Assembly: GCA_963827655.1 (NCBI GenBank)
Contig: CAWHCF010000036.1
Span: forward strand, 96,001-160,000
DNA length: 64,000 nt
Source of the DNA: an uncultured Acidobacteriota bacterium
GTDB lineage: Bacteria; Acidobacteriota; UBA6911
Reading direction: 5' to 3'
The position numbers were made by a program, and so were the translations under genes. Below are positions 40,149 through 52,086 of the stretch, piece by piece. The stretch's first letter is position 1, and the number at the start of each line of letters is the position of its first letter. The notes beneath the pieces were generated by a model that did no database searches, had not been told where the DNA came from, and saw only the letters and a program-made list of their open reading frames with translations.

Positions 40149-41790
40149 ATGCCGAAGCCGGGATTGTATCCCACTTCGATGCCCAGAAAAACCGCGTCCC
40201 ATGCTGAACGAGCGGTCTATGAGGCGCTCTCGAAACAGCTTCCCAAGGGGTGGTACGCCTGGCACTCGGTCCGAGTTCGCACGACTGCTATCGGTGATGC
40301 CGAGGCCGACTTCATCGTTGCGGACCCCAAGCGAGGAGCGCTTATTCTTGAAATCAAGGGTGGCAAGATCGAGCAGCGTGATGGTCACTGGTATTCGAAC
40401 AGCCAGCCCCTGAAATGCGCCCCCCGAGAGCAGGCCTGTCGTTTTCAGCGTGCTTTGAAGGACCGCCTCCATTCAAAGAAAGTCTCTCCGCCAGCGCTGG
40501 GTATCGTGACGGTCTTTCCCGACACTTCATTTTCGGATCCGCCGAGCGGAGGGGATCTTGAAGAGTGCGTGCTCGGACCGCGGGAATTGAAGTGGCTCGA
40601 CAGCGCGCTCCCTGAAGTGATGACCAGGTGTTTGTCGCCTCGATCAAAACCCCAGGGTAGATGGCTTCAGGCAATCCACGATCTCTGGGGAGAGCGATGG
40701 GTTCCCCGCCTGAACCTCGGTGATTTCACAGAAGTGCGCCGCGACGAGTTGCTGAAGCTAGACGCCGAGCAGCTGGAAGTCCTGCTGCGACTCGACGAGA
40801 ACGATTCTGTGCTCGTGACAGGTGGAGCCGGCACAGGCAAGACGGTTCTGGCCTATTCCATGGCGCTGCGGCTCGCAGAACGTGGCCAGAAGGTCTTGTT
40901 CCTCTGCTTCACCCTGGCACTGGAGCACTGGCTTGTGGAGCAAACGTCAAACCCAAACCTGACTGTGCGGGCAATCAAGAGTTACGCTGTCGACCTTTTA
41001 GAGCTTGCCGGCAGGCAAGTTCAGGTTCACGAAACGCCGGAGTTCTGGGGTGACGTATCTCTGGAGGGCAGGAACCGAGGCTTTGCCTAGAGTTCAAACA
41101 AAATGGGATGCAGTGTTCGTCGATGAAAGTCAGGACCTGGCGGAGGATGACTGGCTGCTGATTGCAGAGTTGTCGCGCGGGCGCCGACTCTGGGCTTTCT
41201 GCGACCCGGACCAGACATTCTGGGAAGATAGAGAGATACCCAAGGATCTCTTCAAGGCTCGATACCGGCTCGACAAAGCCTATCGCTGCCCGGACCCGAT
41301 CCTGGCTCTGGCAAAATGCTATGTCCGGAGCCAGCCTGATCCCGATGCATTCGCCGATGTGCCTGAAAGAAATGCGGTGACTGTGAGACCGTGCCCGAGC
41401 CGGAGCTCGGTGCCCGAAAGGATTGCGCTGGAAATCAGCAAGCTGCTCGGCGATGGCTTGCAGCCCGGGCAGATCGCCATCTTGTCGCTGCGGGGCGCTG
41501 CCGAGACGGGATCCATCGTCAACCTGGAAAAGCTCGGCATTCACCGTGTCGTTCCGGCCGTCGATCCGGAAAGTAAATCGCACGTTGTGGTGGAGACGTT
41601 CCTGCGGTTCAAAGGGTTGGAGCGCCCGGCCATCATCATCACCGATGTCCACCTCGCGATCGAAAAAACAGATTATGCGAAGCGGATGTACATCGCACTA
41701 ACCCGGGCGTTAGCGACGGTGTGCATAATCGACAGTCGTGACGCTCTGCTTCGAGATCCCATCCTCCGCCCGTTGTGGGAGCATAGCTGA
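40149..41790 (+). CDS. NERD nuclease-like domain fused to SF1 (UvrD-like) helicase, frameshift near 41070
   Basis: EADFIV..LEIKGG; GGAGTGKT; VDESQD; YRCP; FKGLERP; MYIALTRA. Confidence 0.85.
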
Positions 41791-41840
41791 AGAATCTCAG
41801 TCTGGGCGGTGGGCATTCGGACCGATGAGAAACGGGAAGG

Positions 41841-42202
41841 TTATGGTTGGTCTTTGTGGCCGTTGCTGAAGTAACGCTCGACGATATGAATCAGGGCATT
41901 GAGGCGTTCGTCGATCCGGCGACTCTCTTCATCGCGCCGCCGCACTTCTTCTCTGCGCTGCTGCGCTTCCTCCTCGATCCGGCGTTCGGTCTGGCGCCCC
42001 TGCTCCTCGACTACCCGCCCAGTCGCAGGATGAAACTGCCTACCTCGGCAATTTGGGCCGAGTGCTGCGCGATCTGCTCGGAATGCCGGCGGCTGATCTG
42101 CTGCAATTCCTGGAGATCCGCCCAGAGCTGGGCCTGGTTCCCTGCCAGAAACTCGAGCTTCTGCTCAATGCGGGCGAATCGTTCTTCGTGAGTCATGGAC
42201 AC
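41841..42202 (-). CDS. Small coiled-coil hypothetical protein, frameshift near 42015
   Basis: MTHEERFARIEQKLEFL... continues as EEQGRQTERR...DERLNALIHIVERYFSNG. Confidence 0.6.
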
Positions 42203-42280
42203 ATTCTACACCCATCTCCGCGTATCGATATAGTTTCCGAAACTGGACTCCTATTTCATTGTTCCGTCCGCTTTTTCCGC

Positions 42281-42307
42281 TAACCACTAAGACGCGAAGA
42301 CACGAAG
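42281..42307. repeat. Lone REP right arm
   Basis: TAACCACTAAGACgcgaagacacgaag. Confidence 0.8.
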
Positions 42308-42585
42308 CAGTGCGCGAACCACGCTAAGAACACCCGGCAGCGCAAAATCGTGACGGCGAAGGGCGTCCGAATAAAAATTAACAACTTAGACATAGATTAG
42401 ACACAAAAACACGCCAAACCTGCTTGCGTTGTCTAACGACAGACCATTAACATAAGAACAAAGAGTGGGCATCTACGTCGCGGAACGGCTGAAGGGACCG
42501 CCCCCGACTATCTCGGCTTTCAAATGTTGGACTCGGGATTGACCGAGTCAGGATCGGCTTTCGAGCCCATGGGGGAAGAACACGA

Positions 42586-45500
42586 ATGACACCTCACCGT
42601 TTAGGGAAAATCTTGGTCGAACGCATGCTGGGTCTCGGTTTGGCGCTAAGTTTGGCAACGGCAACGGCCATGGCGCAGACCGGCGCCAACACCGGCTTGC
42701 AGGGAAGGGTCATGGACCCGTCGGGCGCCTCCATTCCGGGTGCCGCCGTTACCCTGGTTCGGGTGGAGACCGGGGAACGGAGAGTGGTGACAACCAGCGA
42801 GGAGGGCAACTGGGAGGCTCGCTTCCTGACCCCGGGAAACTATCAGCTCATCTTCGAGCAAACCGGTTTCAAGAAGCTGGTCCGGGATGGACTCTCGGTG
42901 TCGACTGCCGAGATGGCCACCGTCAACGTCGAGCTGCAAGTGGGTGACGTGGGACAGAGCATCGAGGTGGTCTCCAACGCCGAGATGGTTTCCTCCAACT
43001 CGGCCACGGTGGTTCGCACGCTGGATCGAGTGGAACTGGAATCCCTCCCGACCTCCTCGCGAAACTTCACGCAGCTTCTGGTGATTGAGCCGGGGGTGTC
43101 GGCGGATATCAGCGAACTGCTATCGAACGATAACGCCTCCATTTCGCCGAGCGTCAACGGCGCCCGCACGACCAACAACAGCTTCGTGTTCAACGGAGTC
43201 GACGTCACCAACCTGCTGTGCTGCAACAGCCGCATCAACGGCGCCAGGGGGACCATAGACGAGGGCGGAGGCTCACTTTCGCGCAACGTGGCGCCGGCCC
43301 TCGAGACCCTGGAAGAAGTCAAGCTCCAGACCAGCCTCTACGATGCGGCCACAGGACGCAACGGAGGCGGCAACTTCCAGCTGGTCTCCAAGAGCGGAAC
43401 CAACGAGTTTCACGGCAGCGTCTATCATTTCTTTCAGAACGACGCGCTGATCGCCAACGACTTCTTCTTCAATCGCGCCGGCCTGGAGCGCCCGCTTCTG
43501 CGGCGCAACGAGGGCGGCTTCACGGTGGGAGGGCCGATCATCCGCAACCGGACTTTCTTCTTCGGCTCCTACCAGATCACGCGCGCCAGAACCTCCTTCG
43601 TGGACGAGGCCACCAACACGCGCCGGCTGCCGAGGGCCCTCACCGATGATCGCTCGGACGACGGCATCAACCGCTTTGCTCAGGCCGTCTGGGCCACCAA
43701 CGGCGGCCCGGTGAACTTCGCCATGATCAACCCTATCTCGAGAGCCCTGCTCAAGGCCAAGTTTCCGGATGGCTCCTACATGATCCCATCGGGCTCCAAC
43801 GGAATCGACTGTGCCAGACTAGCCAACCGGATTGCCGAGAGCTGCGCCGTCGTCTCGGTGATTCCGGCAACCTTCGACCAGGACCAGTTCAGTGTCAACA
43901 TCGACCACCAGCTCACCCTGGCCAACAAGTTCAGCGGCAAGTTCTTTTTCACTAACCAGCCGAGCGTGGACCCGCTGGCCAACGGCAATGCCCTGACCCT
44001 GCACGAGCGCAACGAACAGACGGCACAGCGGACAATTTCGCTCACCGATCTGCACGTGTTCGGCCCGCGGGTGGTCAACGAGTTCCGCGCGGGGTTCTTC
44101 CGCAACCGGAACAACAATGAGGCGGTGGCGTACTTCACCAACGCCGAGTTCGGCATCCAGAACCCGCTGGCATCCGACGTGCCGGACCTCTCCCAGATCA
44201 ACATAGCGGCCGGGGGTAACAACACCACCGCTGTGGGCGATCCGATCCGCTTCGGAACGCTGGCCGACGGCACGCGCATCTTCGACGTCCAGAACACCTT
44301 CATCTATGCCGACACGCTCTCCTGGACGAAGGGACGGCACTCCCTGAAGTTCGGGGGCGAGTTCCGCCGGCACCAGTTGAACGGCAACCTGCAGGAGGGC
44401 CGCAACCGGCGTCACAACCTGCGCAGCTGGTTCGACTTCCTCACGGTCGGATACCTGCACCCGGGCGATGCCAACCGGGCCAGGCAGATTACCGACTCCA
44501 GCTTGAACTACGGCGAGACGGTCCGGGGCTACCGGATGTCAGACTGGAACTGGTTCCTCGCCGACGATTGGAAAGTCACGCGCAGCCTCACTCTCAACAT
44601 CGGCATCCGTCATGAGATCTTCGGCTATCCGTCGGAAGTGAACGGATTCATGGTCACCTACGATTACCCGGCGGCTCTGGCTACCGGCATGGTCCAGGAC
44701 GGGTTTCTGTTCGCCTCCAACTTCGACGAGAATTCCGTTCCCGGCGCGGCCGGGCTGGGACTGAAGAAATCCGACAGCAAGAGCATCATTCCGAGCGACT
44801 ACAACAACTTCATGCCGCGCTTCGGATTCGCCTGGTCTCCTTTCGCGAGCGGCAAATTCGTGATCCGGGGCGGATACGGAATGTTTTACGAGCGCATCAC
44901 GAGCGGTTTCGCCAACTCACTTCGGCAGTCACCGCCGTTCTTCCGCGAGCTCCAGCTCAACAACCTGGGCAACTGGAACACCTACCCGCGTGATACCGGG
45001 TCTTTGCCTCTGCCGCCGATGCAGATCGGGTTCGATGACGGAGAACCGATCCTGGTCTCGACGCTGGACCCCGGTACCGAGTTCGAGGCCTTCGAGACCC
45101 AGATGATCCCGCCCGGACTCGCCACTCCTTACACCCAGCAGTGGACCCTCAATACGCAATGGGAATTCAGGACCAACTGGTTGTTTGAGCTCGGCTATGT
45201 GGGGACGAAGGGGACCAAGCTGCTGACCGCCATCAACGCCAACCAGCCGCTCGACATCGACACCGTCGGCTTCCTGCCCCGGCCGGGCGTCCCCGGCGGG
45301 GGCTTCATTGGAAACTACTACACGATCGTCAACGATCAGTTTGTCAACCTGCGGACACCCCCGTCCGGATGCGACCTGACCGACGATCCGGGCGAGTGCA
45401 CCATCGCGGCCGAGTTGCGGGGAGCGCTTCTGGGACTCGACGAAGACGAAGGGGCCAACACCCTGTTCTCCAATGCCAACTCCATCTACCATTCTCTTCA

Positions 45501-46180
45501 GGCCGGACTGACCAAGCGCTACAGCCGGGGAGTGCTGGCGAACGTGAACTATACCTTCTCACGCTCGCTCGACACTTACTCCGACGAAGGCAAGTACCAG
45601 GTCGAGCACGATCAGACCAGGCCCTTTCTGAACCGCGGACTTTCGGATTTCCATCGCAAGCACCGGCTCATCATGAGCTGGACCTGGGATTTACCGTTCA
45701 GGGGCAACCGTTTTGCCGATGGCTGGCAGATCTCCGGCGTGGGCACCTTCCAGTCCGGGCCGGCCCTTTTCGATCATCGACGGCGACTTCAGCGGCTTTC
45801 TGTTCGCATCGCAGAATCCCCGGCCGAACCTGGCGCCGGGCGCCACCCATGAGGATCTGGTGACGGAAGGGTCCGTCACCTCGCGGATAAACAATTACCT
45901 GAATCCGGACGCCGTGGCGTTTTCGGGGGCTCAATTCGGCAACCTGGGGCGCAACGTAGTCATTGGTCCCGACCAGCGCCGAGTGGACGTGAGCGTATCG
46001 AAACGGACGCGCTTGACCGAACGGACCTCGCTGGAGTTTCGCACCGAGGCATACAACATCACGAACACGCCGTCGTTTCGCAATCCCGAGCGCAACATCG
46101 TGAATGCGTCGTTCGGCCAGATCACCAGGACTCGGGGAGGACCGCGAGTGATTCAGTTCGCCCTCAAGCTGCGGTTCTGA
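42586..46180 (+). CDS. TonB-dependent receptor, Oar-like, frameshift near 45760
   Basis: [26 protein letters not shown]; C-terminus IQFALKLRF in ORF 45713-46180. Confidence 0.88.
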
Positions 46181-46228
46181 AACGCGCTCCACTGATGGCT
46201 GCCTACGGATGGAATCGGTGAGCGGCGA

Positions 46229-46296
46229 GTCTCCGTGTCTAGGTACGCAGCGAACAAATACCTCCAGGACGCAAAGACACGAAGCAATATTTGCCA
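46229..46296. repeat. Degenerate REPIN-like repeat (spacer S2)
   Basis: gtctccgtgtctaggtacgcagcgaacaaatacctccaggacgcaaagacacgaagcaatatttgcca. Confidence 0.72.
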
Positions 46297-46313
46297 AAAG
46301 ACGTGCTCGGTGC

Positions 46314-46575
46314 TTACCTGGGGAGGAGGAACAGGACAAGCTGCGTCCACCTCCTGAAACCGCGGTCGAAAGTCACTAACGTGGAGGACTGACGGACTGC
46401 GAACGCGGCGAGATAGGCATCAGTCCACGAGGTACCCGCGTTTGGATGGTTCATCAGATCAACCCACAGGCCTCCAGACCGGCCGGCTCAGTTACGCGGC
46501 GTGATGCTCGTGCCGTTCGGACGCCAGTGCCAGCCACACGTTGGCATCAATCAAGAAGGTCTTCGATCTCGGCAT
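46314..46575 (-). pseudogene. vapC: VapC PIN toxin with internal deletion
   Basis: N-terminus FLIDANVWLALASERHEHH followed by a stop, then C-terminus WTDAYLAAFA..LVTFDRGF; only 262 bp. Confidence 0.8.
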
Positions 46576-46781
46576 TGGTCATCGATTTGATCTTGCCTGG
46601 ATGCTTGGATTTCAGCAGTGGAAGTTTGACCTGGTAACGCCGTTTGGCAGCTTGGCGGGTTCGGGCTACCTCTTTCTCGATTGCTCTCACAACGAAGGAT
46701 CTCAGGCTCTTGCCGCTCCGGGCGGCCAGAGGCCTTCACCTCACGGAACATCATGTCCGGTATTTCGATTGTCGTTCTCAT
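46547..46781 (-). CDS. VapB-type antitoxin, one frameshift near 46730
   Basis: MRTTIEIPD..FREVKA then SLRSFVVRAIEKE...MTNAEIEDLLD; overlaps vapC; CAAAAAGGCG direct repeats upstream at 46796 and 46815. Confidence 0.72.
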
Positions 46782-46833
46782 AGAGTCAAATACCGCAAAA
46801 AGGCGTATTTGCGTCAAAAAGGCGCGTGCTTTC

Positions 46834-46933
46834 TGGCAAGATTCTTGGTGTTTCTTCGTGTCTTTGAGTCTTAGTGGTATCTGATTAGACAGCTCTAACC
46901 ACGAAGACACGAAGAAACACTAAGGGCACTTTG
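46834..46933. repeat. Complete REPIN-like repeat (spacer S1), closest to consensus
   Basis: tggcaagattcttggtgtttcttcgtgtctttgagtcttagtggt-atctgattagacagctct-aaccacgaagacacgaagaaacactaagggcactttg. Confidence 0.92.
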
Positions 46934-46950
46934 ATTGCGGCCTCACGGCT

Positions 46951-48384
46951 TCATTGTGTCTTGAGATAAAGAAGCGACTCCCCTTCAAACGGCGCTTTGA
47001 ATTGCTGTGCCTGGCCAGTCGACTCCACGGAGCCGGTACCCGCCGCCACATTTGTCGCGGGATCGATCCATTCGTAACGATACTTGCCCGCTTTCATTTC
47101 CACCGAAAACGTCTCTCCCGGTTTGGGCTGATAAATCAGGTACTCCAGACCTGGGTTGGCCAGGCAGTAACCGGTGGACGCAAGGTCGGGGCGTGGCTGC
47201 AAGCGGGCGAGGTTGACCCGTTCCGCCAGGCGGCGCGCGTGCCCCAGCGCCAGGCGAATCGGCTCCCAGCGGGGATCGGACGGCTCTCCCAGGACTGAAC
47301 CATCGTAGGGATCCATGAATATCGGATTGTGCCCGCGAAGAAAGCTTCTCCAAACCCAGGCCGCGCTGCCGCCAACGCCCCAGATGTGGTCCGTGTCCAG
47401 GAGGCTGACCTTCTTGCCGTCCCAGGCCGGAGGGTCTTCGCCGTAGCCGTCCACGCGTCCAGGCGAGATCCAGTCCGCCGTGCTGGCCAACATGTCGGCC
47501 AATCTCTCCGCGCCATGACCCGTAAGCCCGACGGGGTGCTGTTTGGGCTTGGTCCGCTGGTAGGCGCGAATCGTGTCAACCACCCACCAGTCCCATTCCT
47601 TGTGACCACCTTCGTTGATCACCTCGTAGAGCACGTTGTCGAATTCGTTGACCGTATCAACCACCTTGCTGATGTAGGTGGCCTGAATCGCGCTGACAGC
47701 CGGGTTCTTCAGGCTGTGGACCTGACCGCCGATGCCCTCGGGATCCGTGCCTGCATCGATGCCATTGACGTTGTTGTCAGGGTGAAACGGATGGGCGCGC
47801 CACGCCCAGCCGGCCGGCGCGGCTCGGCCGCGGTTTCCGTGCATCAACCCCCAGCCCTCGAACAGCATTACCGACACATGAATTCCCCGTCGTCCCGCCG
47901 CGCTGACTCGCGCCCGCAGCCGATCGAAATAGGCAGGATCGAACTTCTTCAGATCGAACTTCGGCTTGCCGTCGCGCGCCTGCCCCGGCCCGGTCCGCGC
48001 CCAGGGGAGTGGAGCGACGTGATGCACGAAGTCTTTGCCCAACCGTCCGTTTGCCCGCGTGTCCCAGAGTGTCGAGTCCCATGCCCAAAGCCGGATGAAG
48101 TTGTGGTGATGGCGCTCGAGAAAATCCAGGTAGGCTTCGAAGTCAAAGCCGGACGGCGGATCGTCGCGCGCCATGTCCACCAGATTGTTCCAGGTATGGG
48201 AGCCGGTCAGATATACGACCTTTAAGGATCCGTCCGGATTCCTGGTTCCGTCGGTGAAGTAGCGCGGATTGTCCGGGTGGATACGCAGAGGCCCCCGGGC
48301 GGGCGCCGCAGCGACAACAGCGCACGAGATCGACAGCGCCATGGCTATGAGGATTCGAATCCACCGGGTGTATCTGGGGTTCAT
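46951..48384 (-). CDS. Secreted glycoside-hydrolase-like TIM-barrel protein with C-terminal beta-sandwich
   Basis: Signal peptide; HPDNPRYF, NFIRLW, YFDRLRARV, VLYEVINE, YEWIDP. Confidence 0.7.
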   Translation of the reverse strand: MNPRYTRWIRILIAMALSISCAVVAAAPARGPLRIHPDNPRYFTDGTRNPDGSLKVVYLTGSHTWNNLVDMARDDPPSGFDFEAYLDFLERHHHNFIRLWAWDSTLWDTRANGRLGKDFVHHVAPLPWARTGPGQARDGKPKFDLKKFDPAYFDRLRARVSAAGRRGIHVSVMLFEGWGLMHGNRGRAAPAGWAWRAHPFHPDNNVNGIDAGTDPEGIGGQVHSLKNPAVSAIQATYISKVVDTVNEFDNVLYEVINEGGHKEWDWWVVDTIRAYQRTKPKQHPVGLTGHGAERLADMLASTADWISPGRVDGYGEDPPAWDGKKVSLLDTDHIWGVGGSAAWVWRSFLRGHNPIFMDPYDGSVLGEPSDPRWEPIRLALGHARRLAERVNLARLQPRPDLASTGYCLANPGLEYLIYQPKPGETFSVEMKAGKYRYEWIDPATNVAAGTGSVESTGQAQQFKAPFEGESLLYLKTQ

Positions 48385-48540
48385 ATGCCGCCAGTGTTTC
48401 TCAAAACGGGAACTCAGTCAATCTCCTGTGAAGCGATGGTGGAGTTCCACTGGATGCCTTGCCGGCCCTGGAAGGCATGCTGGACCTGGGGCCGATGCTT
48501 TTCCCGATGTGAAATGCTTCTTGAAACGGAACCTTAAACG

Positions 48541-48557
48541 GAATACATTTGGTATTC
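48541..48557 (+). promoter_or_regulatory. Putative TA operator
   Basis: GAATAC-atttg-GTATTC inverted repeat 16 bp upstream of the antitoxin. Confidence 0.5.
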
Positions 48558-48573
48558 TCTTGAGGATGAATGC

Positions 48574-48831
48574 ATGGGCACCACTAAAGTATCCTTCTCG
48601 ATTCATCACGAGCTCCTCCACTCCCTGGATGCGCTGGCTGGCCAAATCGGATCGTCGAGGAGTTCCTTGATCGAGGAAGCAATCCGTCTTCATCTCCAAC
48701 GAGTTAAGGGTTTGGAATTCCGTCGCCAAATATCGGAGGCTTATGCTGATGGACTGGATAAGGTCGAACGGCGTCAGCTGGCCGGGATGAAGCGGAAGGC
48801 CCGGAAGATAGCGAGTCGGGAGAAATGGTAA
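48574..48831 (+). CDS. RHH antitoxin (MazE-type)
   Basis: KVSFSIHHELL...SRSSLIEEAI; overlaps the toxin start. Confidence 0.82.
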   Translation: MGTTKVSFSIHHELLHSLDALAGQIGSSRSSLIEEAIRLHLQRVKGLEFRRQISEAYADGLDKVERRQLAGMKRKARKIASREKW

Positions 48832-49184
48832 TCAATCAAGGCGACCTGTTCTGGCTCGATCTTCCCGAAGCCAAAGATTCACGTCCCGCCTATTCGCACC
48901 CTTGTGTGGTGGTCCAGAATGACATCCTTAACCACAGCCCGATCCAGACCACAATTGTATGTTTCCTGACCTCCAATCTGCGCCGAGCCAAGAGCCCCGC
49001 CAATGTTCTCTTGGAGGAAGGCGAATCCAATTTGCCAAAGTCTAGCGTGGTGGTGGTGACTCAGATGCTCACTGTGGACAAGGCAGACCTCGTGAATAAG
49101 ATAGGGTCGCTATCGTCTCATCGCTTGCAGCAGATTATCCGAGGCGTTCACTGGATTCTGGATACCGATCCGACCTTTCCGTGA
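48825..49184 (+). CDS. mazF: PemK/MazF endoribonuclease toxin
   Basis: INQGDLFW, HPCVVVQND, LTSNL, SVVVVTQMLTVDK. Confidence 0.88.
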   Translation: MVINQGDLFWLDLPEAKDSRPAYSHPCVVVQNDILNHSPIQTTIVCFLTSNLRRAKSPANVLLEEGESNLPKSSVVVVTQMLTVDKADLVNKIGSLSSHRLQQIIRGVHWILDTDPTFP

Positions 49185-49289
49185 GCTTGCGTCTATTTCA
49201 TACCCGCGAATTCGGTCTAGCCCATGTTCTACCCGGAATAGTCTTTTCTGGACCATAATGCCTGGTGAGAGCCGGAGGCACGTGAGCGT

Positions 49290-50879
49290 GTGAAGACCTA
49301 TCGGAGAAGGACCAGCGGTTTGCGGGTCACAGTGCTGCTGATCGCCGTTGCCGTGTGCTCCTGCGGACGGACAGCGCCGGTCGAGCCTGCGCCAACGCCG
49401 CGGCCACACGCCCTGATTCCCCTTCCGGTTTCTGCACAGTTTGACGCGGGCCGGCATTTTTCGGTCACAGATGCCACCACAATCTTCGTCAGCCCGGCCG
49501 ACGAAACGGTAACCCGCATAGGCCGATTCCTCGCGGAGGTCATCGGACCGTCGCCGGATTCGAATCCACGGGTCGAGCCCGCAGGCGCTTCGCTGCCTGC
49601 CGGAAGCATTTCGTTGTCGCTGGGCCGGAATCCATCACTCGGAGAGGAAGGCTATGAGTTGGCGATTACGACCGAGAGCGTGAGGCTGGTCGCCAATCAG
49701 CCGGCCGGCTTGTTCTACGGCGTGCAGACCCTGCGCCAGCTTCTTCCCGTGATGGTCGAATACGAAGCGGCGCGCCGGCCCCAGCAGCCGATTTCACTGC
49801 CGGCGGTCCGAATCGCGGACTATCCCCGGTTCGAATGGCGCGGCGCCATGCTCGATGTCGCGCGGCATTTCTTTCCGGTCGAAGAGGTCAAGCGATATAT
49901 CGACCTGATGGCGCTGCACAAGATGAACCGCCTGCACCTTCACCTTTCGGACGATCAAGGATGGCGCATCGAGATCAGGGCCTGGCCGAACCTTACGACG
50001 CACGGCGGGAGCACCGAAGTGGGAGGCACTCCCGGCGGGTACTATTCGCAACAACAGTACGCGGAGATCACGGCGTATGCCGCTGAGCGCTTCATCACGA
50101 TCGTGCCCGAGATCGACCTGCCCGGACACACCAACGCGGCGCTCGCTTCGTACCCGGAGCTGAACTGTAACGGCGCGGCGCCGCCCTTGTACTCCGGGAT
50201 CGACGTCGGGTTCAGCACCCTCTGCGTCGATAAGGACGTGACCTACAAGTTCCTGAACGATGTGATTCGCGAGATCGCAAGCATGACGCCGGGTTCTTAC
50301 TTCCACGCCGGCGGAGACGAGGTCAAGAAACTCACGGCCGAGCAGTATCGCCGTTTCATCGAACGCGTGCAGGATATCGTAAAGGCGAACGGCAAACGGA
50401 TGATCGGGTGGGATGAGGTCGCCGCCGCCAAGCTTCTGCCCACTTCCATCGTGCAGCACTGGCGTCCGGACGCGAGCGCGTCGAGCCTGTCAGCGAGCCC
50501 CTGCGCTGATCCTTTCACCCGCAAACCGCGTTTATCTCGACATGAAGTACGACGAGCGGACGATTCTCGGGATTGGACTGGGCGGCGCTGATCGAGATCC
50601 GGGATGCTTACGACTGGGACCCGGCGACGCTCATGACCGGTGTCAACCCGCGCGCCCTCCTCGGCGTGGAGGCGCCTTTGTGGTCGGAGACGCTGGGCGA
50701 TATCCGGGATGTCGAGTTCATGGCGTTCCCGCGGCTCGCGGCTGTCGCGGAGGTCGGCTGGTCGCCGAGACCAGGACAGGAACTGGAACGACTTCAGAGC
50801 CCGTCTTGGCGCCCAGGGGCCCCGCTGGACGGCGCTGGGCATCAATTTCTATCGCTCGCCCCAGGTGACGTGGCAATAG
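49290..50879 (+). CDS. GH20 beta-N-acetylhexosaminidase (lipoprotein), several frameshifts near the 3' end
   Basis: DYPRFEWRGAMLDVARHF, HLSDDQGWR, PEIDLPGH, HAGGDE, GVEAPLWSE. Confidence 0.88.
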
Positions 50880-50964
50880 AGGTGCTGCCGTGGCCCGAAA
50901 TGGCCAAACCTCAGCAGGCGAAGCAAGCTGCCGCACTCCTAAATACGGAGGAGAGGTTCACCCT

Positions 50965-51951
50965 ATGATCAAGCATTCGATCACAGGTTCCACCATCCAG
51001 ATCGAAACCGATGCGCTCAGGGCAGAGATCCGCACGGAGGGTTATGTCTCGGGGGTCGCGGGGGGTACCCTGCACGACAAGAAGAGCGGGGCGCGCGACC
51101 TGGGACATGGACTCAGCATCGTGGACTTCCTTCTGGAGCCGGCGCCGGCGGGCGAACGCCCCGCCGAGGGGCAGTACCAGTTCGGGGCAGGCGCGATGCT
51201 GCGCTTTCATGGACGCATCCCCAAGCGTTACGTCGAAGGGCCTCAGATATGCACGAAGGCCGGAAAGCTCCCTTTCGAAATTATCCAGGGAGAGGGATTC
51301 CTGGCCGTCCGGCAGTGGTTCACGTGGCATCAGGCCTATCCTCCGCATCAGGCGGGGTCGCGCTGGGAGCAGATTCTCGTATTTCCCGAAAACACTCGAT
51401 ATTTTTTCAGCGCGGATCGCGTGACCACCGTCAACACCTCGGATTCGCTCTTTTTTCGCGTGGACATGCCAGGCCACATCAAGCACCGTTCGGGCGATTT
51501 GTTCGACCACATCTATCTGAGTTACGGCGATATGACCATTCCATCCACGGAGTTCACCGCCGACTTCCCCCCTGACGGCCGTTTCCTGTATCAGCGAGGC
51601 AAGCAATCGCTGCCCGATCGATTCATTCGAGCGTATCAGGTCGTTCTGGCTGGTAAACCCGGTCCGTGGCTCGCCGGAATGACGCTCCAGCCCTCGGATG
51701 TCTATGAAGCGTGGTGTCACCAGCGCGGCTATGTCTGTCTGATCGAAGAGTTGGGCGGCTGGTCTACCAAGCCGGGCGACACTCTGGGGGCCGCCTATAT
51801 CGTCGGTTGGTTCAGCGACGTCGCCGAGATGCACTCCGCCTATGACTCCCACCGCGGCTGGAGCGGGATCGCGCTCGACGGGCCGGCCCAACGTCCCACA
51901 CGATTCAGGGGCCTGAAACAAAAAGAACTGCCGCCGGTAAACAGCCGGTAG
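50965..51951 (+). CDS. Hypothetical protein
   Basis: RBS GGAGGAG; long open frame with typical codon usage. Confidence 0.7.
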   Translation: MIKHSITGSTIQIETDALRAEIRTEGYVSGVAGGTLHDKKSGARDLGHGLSIVDFLLEPAPAGERPAEGQYQFGAGAMLRFHGRIPKRYVEGPQICTKAGKLPFEIIQGEGFLAVRQWFTWHQAYPPHQAGSRWEQILVFPENTRYFFSADRVTTVNTSDSLFFRVDMPGHIKHRSGDLFDHIYLSYGDMTIPSTEFTADFPPDGRFLYQRGKQSLPDRFIRAYQVVLAGKPGPWLAGMTLQPSDVYEAWCHQRGYVCLIEELGGWSTKPGDTLGAAYIVGWFSDVAEMHSAYDSHRGWSGIALDGPAQRPTRFRGLKQKELPPVNSR

Positions 51952-52086
51952 CCCTTTCGACCAACCGGCGGGCAGTGGTCGATCTCGCAGCACCACCCTG
52001 GGCGCTGGTCTTCGCACTTTTGCACGTCGTTGAGTCATCATCGGCCCACGCGAGCCCAACTCACTGTTGCAAGCAGTGGGGTCTCA

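Noticed and set aside
46834-46933. Repeat family as a CRISPR array
   Set aside because: Copies are dispersed, degenerate and inverted, with no unique constant-length spacers and no cas genes.
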